NCBI GenBank assembly: GCA_965223415.1
Contig: OZ245002.1
Location: forward strand, 2,912,001-2,976,000
DNA length: 64,000 bases
Reading direction: 5' to 3'
DNA from: Myxococcota bacterium
GTDB taxonomy: Bacteria > Myxococcota_A > UBA9160 > UBA6930
The position numbers and the translations under genes are program-made. The notes below the pieces were generated by a model. It had not been told where the DNA came from. It searched no databases and saw only the letters and a program-made list of their open reading frames with translations. Positions 61,028 through 64,000 of this stretch are shown here, piece after piece (position 1 is the stretch's first letter; each line of letters begins with the position of its first letter).

Positions 61028-61684
61028 ATGCGCAAGCTCCTGTTGGGAGCCGCGGCCCTGCTCCTCGTGGCCGCCCCCGCCTTCGCCACCCCGGCCACCT
61101 ACCACTTCACCGGCGGCCAGGTCACCGCGACCTTCTGGATCTCGGGCGTGCCGATGACGAACACGCTCACGCTCCAGATGGACGGCGACTTCGTGGTCTT
61201 CGACGGGATGATCCCTGCGATCACGGACTTCTCCCTCTCGATCTCGGGTACGGGCATCGCGCTCAGCCCGGCCATCAACGGCTACGACACCCTCGACCTG
61301 GACGTCTCGATCGTGCCGGGCGCGGGCTACGTCTCCAACGGATCGGGAACGAACCCGACGGTTCTCACGAACGGCCCCATCGACGTGGTCGGCAGCTACA
61401 CGGTGACAGGCCCCGGCCTTCCGCCGGTCAGCGCCAGCGGTGCGCCGCTCTTCTCCACCAGCAACCTCCCGATCACGCTCTGGGGCGGTCTCCCGGGCGC
61501 AATGGCGATCGAGATCGGCGGCGCGACCCTCTTCGAGTTCACGGCGCCGGGCGGGGCGCGGGTGGAGCTGATCGCCGACATCTTCTGGCGGGGCGAAGTC
61601 CCGGAGCCCGGGATCGCGGGGCTCGTCGTCCTCGGCCTCCTGGGCGCGATGGCGCGCGGCTCCCTGGGGCGGGGTGCCCGGTAG
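61028..61684 (+). CDS. PEP-CTERM sorting domain protein
   Basis: Signal peptide, Thr/Gly/Ser-rich body, VPEPG followed by a TM helix and Arg tail. Confidence 0.9.
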   Translation: MRKLLLGAAALLLVAAPAFATPATYHFTGGQVTATFWISGVPMTNTLTLQMDGDFVVFDGMIPAITDFSLSISGTGIALSPAINGYDTLDLDVSIVPGAGYVSNGSGTNPTVLTNGPIDVVGSYTVTGPGLPPVSASGAPLFSTSNLPITLWGGLPGAMAIEIGGATLFEFTAPGGARVELIADIFWRGEVPEPGIAGLVVLGLLGAMARGSLGRGAR

Positions 61685-61789
61685 GCCGAAGCCTGCGATC
61701 CCTCCGGTCGCGCGCCCCGGGGACCCACGCCTCCTGCCGTCCCGTGCCGTGACTGGTAGCGTCGGTAGGGTCCGCATTCGGAGGTCCCC

Positions 61790-62410
61790 GTGATCCCTCG
61801 CGCCACGCTGGTTCTCGCTCTCGTCCTGCTCGTCTTCCTCTCGGGCTGCACGTCGTTCTCGCTCTCGAAGCAGTCCGGACCCCTCGCCATCTCGCGCCAC
61901 GAGCAGGCCACCGAGAAGACCCTGGCCGTGCTCCGCTTCGAGTTCGAGGACGACACCATCGCCGCCTTCGAGGATCGAGCGAAGTGGCAGCAGATCCTGG
62001 CCGCCGGGCTCGGCCAGTCGAACGTCTTCGAGACCGTGAGGGAGGCCTCCGTGCTCGATCCGGAGTTCGACGGCTACGTCCTCACCGGCAAGGTCCGGCG
62101 GTTCACCTTCGAGAAGAACTGGGTCCCCACGTTCTTCCCGTTCCACGTCGCCTTGAGCTTCTTCACCCTGGGCGGCTACACGATCTTCGGCGGTCCGACG
62201 ACGGGCACCGCCGTCCGGATCACCGTGGACTTCCAGCTCGAGGACGCGGATGGCCGGCCGATCACCGCGTTCACGGAGAACTACGCCTCCACCCGGGCGG
62301 TCAACATCTACACGAGCGACGCCAAGAACCCTTACGACAACCCGAACCTGGCGCTCTCGAGGATGATCGACTCGACTGCCGCGCACCTCGCAGCCGCCCT
62401 CTCCGACTAA
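61790..62410 (+). CDS. Hypothetical lipoprotein
   Basis: LSGC lipobox; GGAGG RBS. Confidence 0.78.
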   Translation: MIPRATLVLALVLLVFLSGCTSFSLSKQSGPLAISRHEQATEKTLAVLRFEFEDDTIAAFEDRAKWQQILAAGLGQSNVFETVREASVLDPEFDGYVLTGKVRRFTFEKNWVPTFFPFHVALSFFTLGGYTIFGGPTTGTAVRITVDFQLEDADGRPITAFTENYASTRAVNIYTSDAKNPYDNPNLALSRMIDSTAAHLAAALSD

Positions 62411-62567
62411 CGCCACCTCGCACGCCGAACCCCCTGGCGGACCGACCCGTTTCGGATGCGAAGCCCGCCAGACTCCGGGCGAGGGCAGGACGGCTCCCGC
62501 CCGGAGGCTGGGCATGCATCGTCGACCGACGCTCCTTGCGCTCGCATCCCTCGGCCTGGTCGCACTG

Positions 62568-62940
62568 ACGCTTTCTTCTCCGGAGCCGGCCGCGAGATCC
62601 ACGTGCGCTTCGCGCCGGAGGACGCCGAACGGGTCTGGGTGGGAGCGCTCGCCGACGGCTCGGGGCGGTTCCAGGCCAAGATTCCGCCGCAGCTGCACGG
62701 GCGGCCGGCGCGGGCGCAGGCCTTCTTCGGCGGCGGCAAGGGCATCGGCCGGTGCGCTCGGCGGAGATCCTGATCAAGATCCCGAGCGGCGGGGGCGGCG
62801 TGCAGCCCCCGGTCATCGTTCCGGACGATCCGCTCGTGCCCGGAGGCGGTATCGGGGTCGAGGACGACCCGCAGGCGCAGACGCCTCGCGTTCAGCCAGC
62901 TGGCGTCTCGGTGATGTCGGCCTCGAGATCGAGCCCGTAG
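62568..62940 (+). pseudogene. Possible frameshifted gene remnant
   Basis: Protein-like ...GSGRFQAKIP...QAFFGGGKGIG continues in another frame as SAEILIKIP...; no good start. Confidence 0.3.
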
Positions 62941-64000
62941 TAGCGCGCCGGATTCTCCAGCAGCATGGTGCGCCGCAGCTCGTCCGGAACGCCTTCGAAG
63001 GCCTCCTCGAGGAATTGGCGCGTGTTCGGGAACGAGCCGACCGAGTGCGGGAAGTCGGTGCCGAACATCAGCCGGTCGAAGGGCACATGCTCGTGCATCT
63101 GCACCGCCCGTGGGTCGCGGATGATCCCGAACCAGCAGTGGTCGAGGATGTACTCGCTCGGCTTGCGCTCGAGCTTCCGGTCGAAGACGCCGCGGAAGAT
63201 CTCGTAGTTGTCGTCGAGCACGAACAGGCCCCAGGGCAGCCAGCTCGCGTTCACCTCGGCGAAGTAGAACTCGAGCTCGGGCAGCCGATCGAAGACGCCC
63301 GCGCAGATCAGCTGACTCAGGGTGTAGAGGGGAGGCGTCCCGCTCGCCCGCTGGGTGATCGTGGCGGCGAAGGGATCGGCGGCGATGCCGATCCCGACGG
63401 CGTTCATCGGCGGCGAGAAGGCCCCGAAGCCGAAGTGCGGCGACAGCTTGACGCCCAGCTCGAGGCTCCGCTTCCAGAAGGAGTCGTCCTCGGGAGCCGC
63501 GAAGCCGCTTCCGTTCGGGAACTGGTGGAAGGACACCGAGCGCAGTCCGAGGCTCTCGACGTACTCGAGCTCGGCGATCGCGTCGTCCACGCCGGTCACA
63601 GGGATCACGGCGTTGCCGATCAGACGGTCGGGCGCGACGGAGCAGAAATCCTTCGCCAGGAAGGTGTTGTACGCGCGAACCAGCGCCCGGTAGGCGTCCT
63701 TGTCCGAGATCGACTCGATCATGCGCGAGGCGAAGATCGGCGGGAACAGCACCTCGGCGTCGATGCCGTCCTCGTCCTGCTCGCGCAGCCGCTGGGCGGC
63801 GTCGCCGGCTCCCTCGGCCGGGGAGCCGTCGGGCTTGAAGTAGCTGCCGCCCTTGATCTTCACCGGGCCGCGGCCAGTGATGTTCTGTCCGTTGGGGACG
63901 AGGGGCTGGCCCTCGATCAGCCACGCCTCCCCGCCGTCGCGCAGCGGGATCAGCTGCGGCGCGTGGGGCCGGTACTGATCGTCGAGGTAGCGGATCCAGG
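62892..64000 (-). CDS. Amidohydrolase family protein, 5' end outside the window
   Basis: QDEDGIDAEVLFP, RAYNTFLA, FGTDFPHS; frame stays open to the window edge. Confidence 0.9.
   Translation of the reverse strand, partial: WIRYLDDQYRPHAPQLIPLRDGGEAWLIEGQPLVPNGQNITGRGPVKIKGGSYFKPDGSPAEGAGDAAQRLREQDEDGIDAEVLFPPIFASRMIESISDKDAYRALVRAYNTFLAKDFCSVAPDRLIGNAVIPVTGVDDAIAELEYVESLGLRSVSFHQFPNGSGFAAPEDDSFWKRSLELGVKLSPHFGFGAFSPPMNAVGIGIAADPFAATITQRASGTPPLYTLSQLICAGVFDRLPELEFYFAEVNASWLPWGLFVLDDNYEIFRGVFDRKLERKPSEYILDHCWFGIIRDPRAVQMHEHVPFDRLMFGTDFPHSVGSFPNTRQFLEEAFEGVPDELRRTMLLENPARYYGLDLEADITETPAG

Overview
A very GC-rich, gene-dense bacterial chromosomal window with about 70 CDSs. The content (many amidohydrolases and flavin oxidoreductases, a PEP-CTERM protein, a VWA-OmpA lipoprotein, sigma-54 signalling) suggests a Myxococcota-like or related environmental lineage; this is inference only. 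Most genes are metabolic or transport genes, including ALDH, an Rv3168/Rv3169-like pair, an ABC1 kinase, two ferritin-like diiron proteins, a flavin monooxygenase cluster, tesA-ybbA-ybbP, fhs, a gdhA-TPP enzyme-SDR-MFS operon, a Coq4-like protein and a GST/TetR/lactonase module. I saw no rRNA, tRNA or CRISPR array. The most notable non-coding signals are: (1) two related, relatively AT-rich, perfect long palindromes (33-bp and 42-bp arms sharing CGGGGCCAGAGTTAAGAAT) that each fill the whole gap between convergent genes, with copy-specific differences mirrored in both arms; (2) a complete IS1380-family element inserted at a CTAG that supplies the stop codons of both flanking convergent two-component genes; (3) five sigma-54 -24/-12 promoter matches; (4) helically phased GTRNYAC boxes around a ribbon-helix-helix/lipase operon; (5) clear TetR operators. 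Several signalling proteins look incomplete (a sensor-HAMP with no output domain, a degenerate HATPase). All functional calls come from motif recognition by eye, not database searches.
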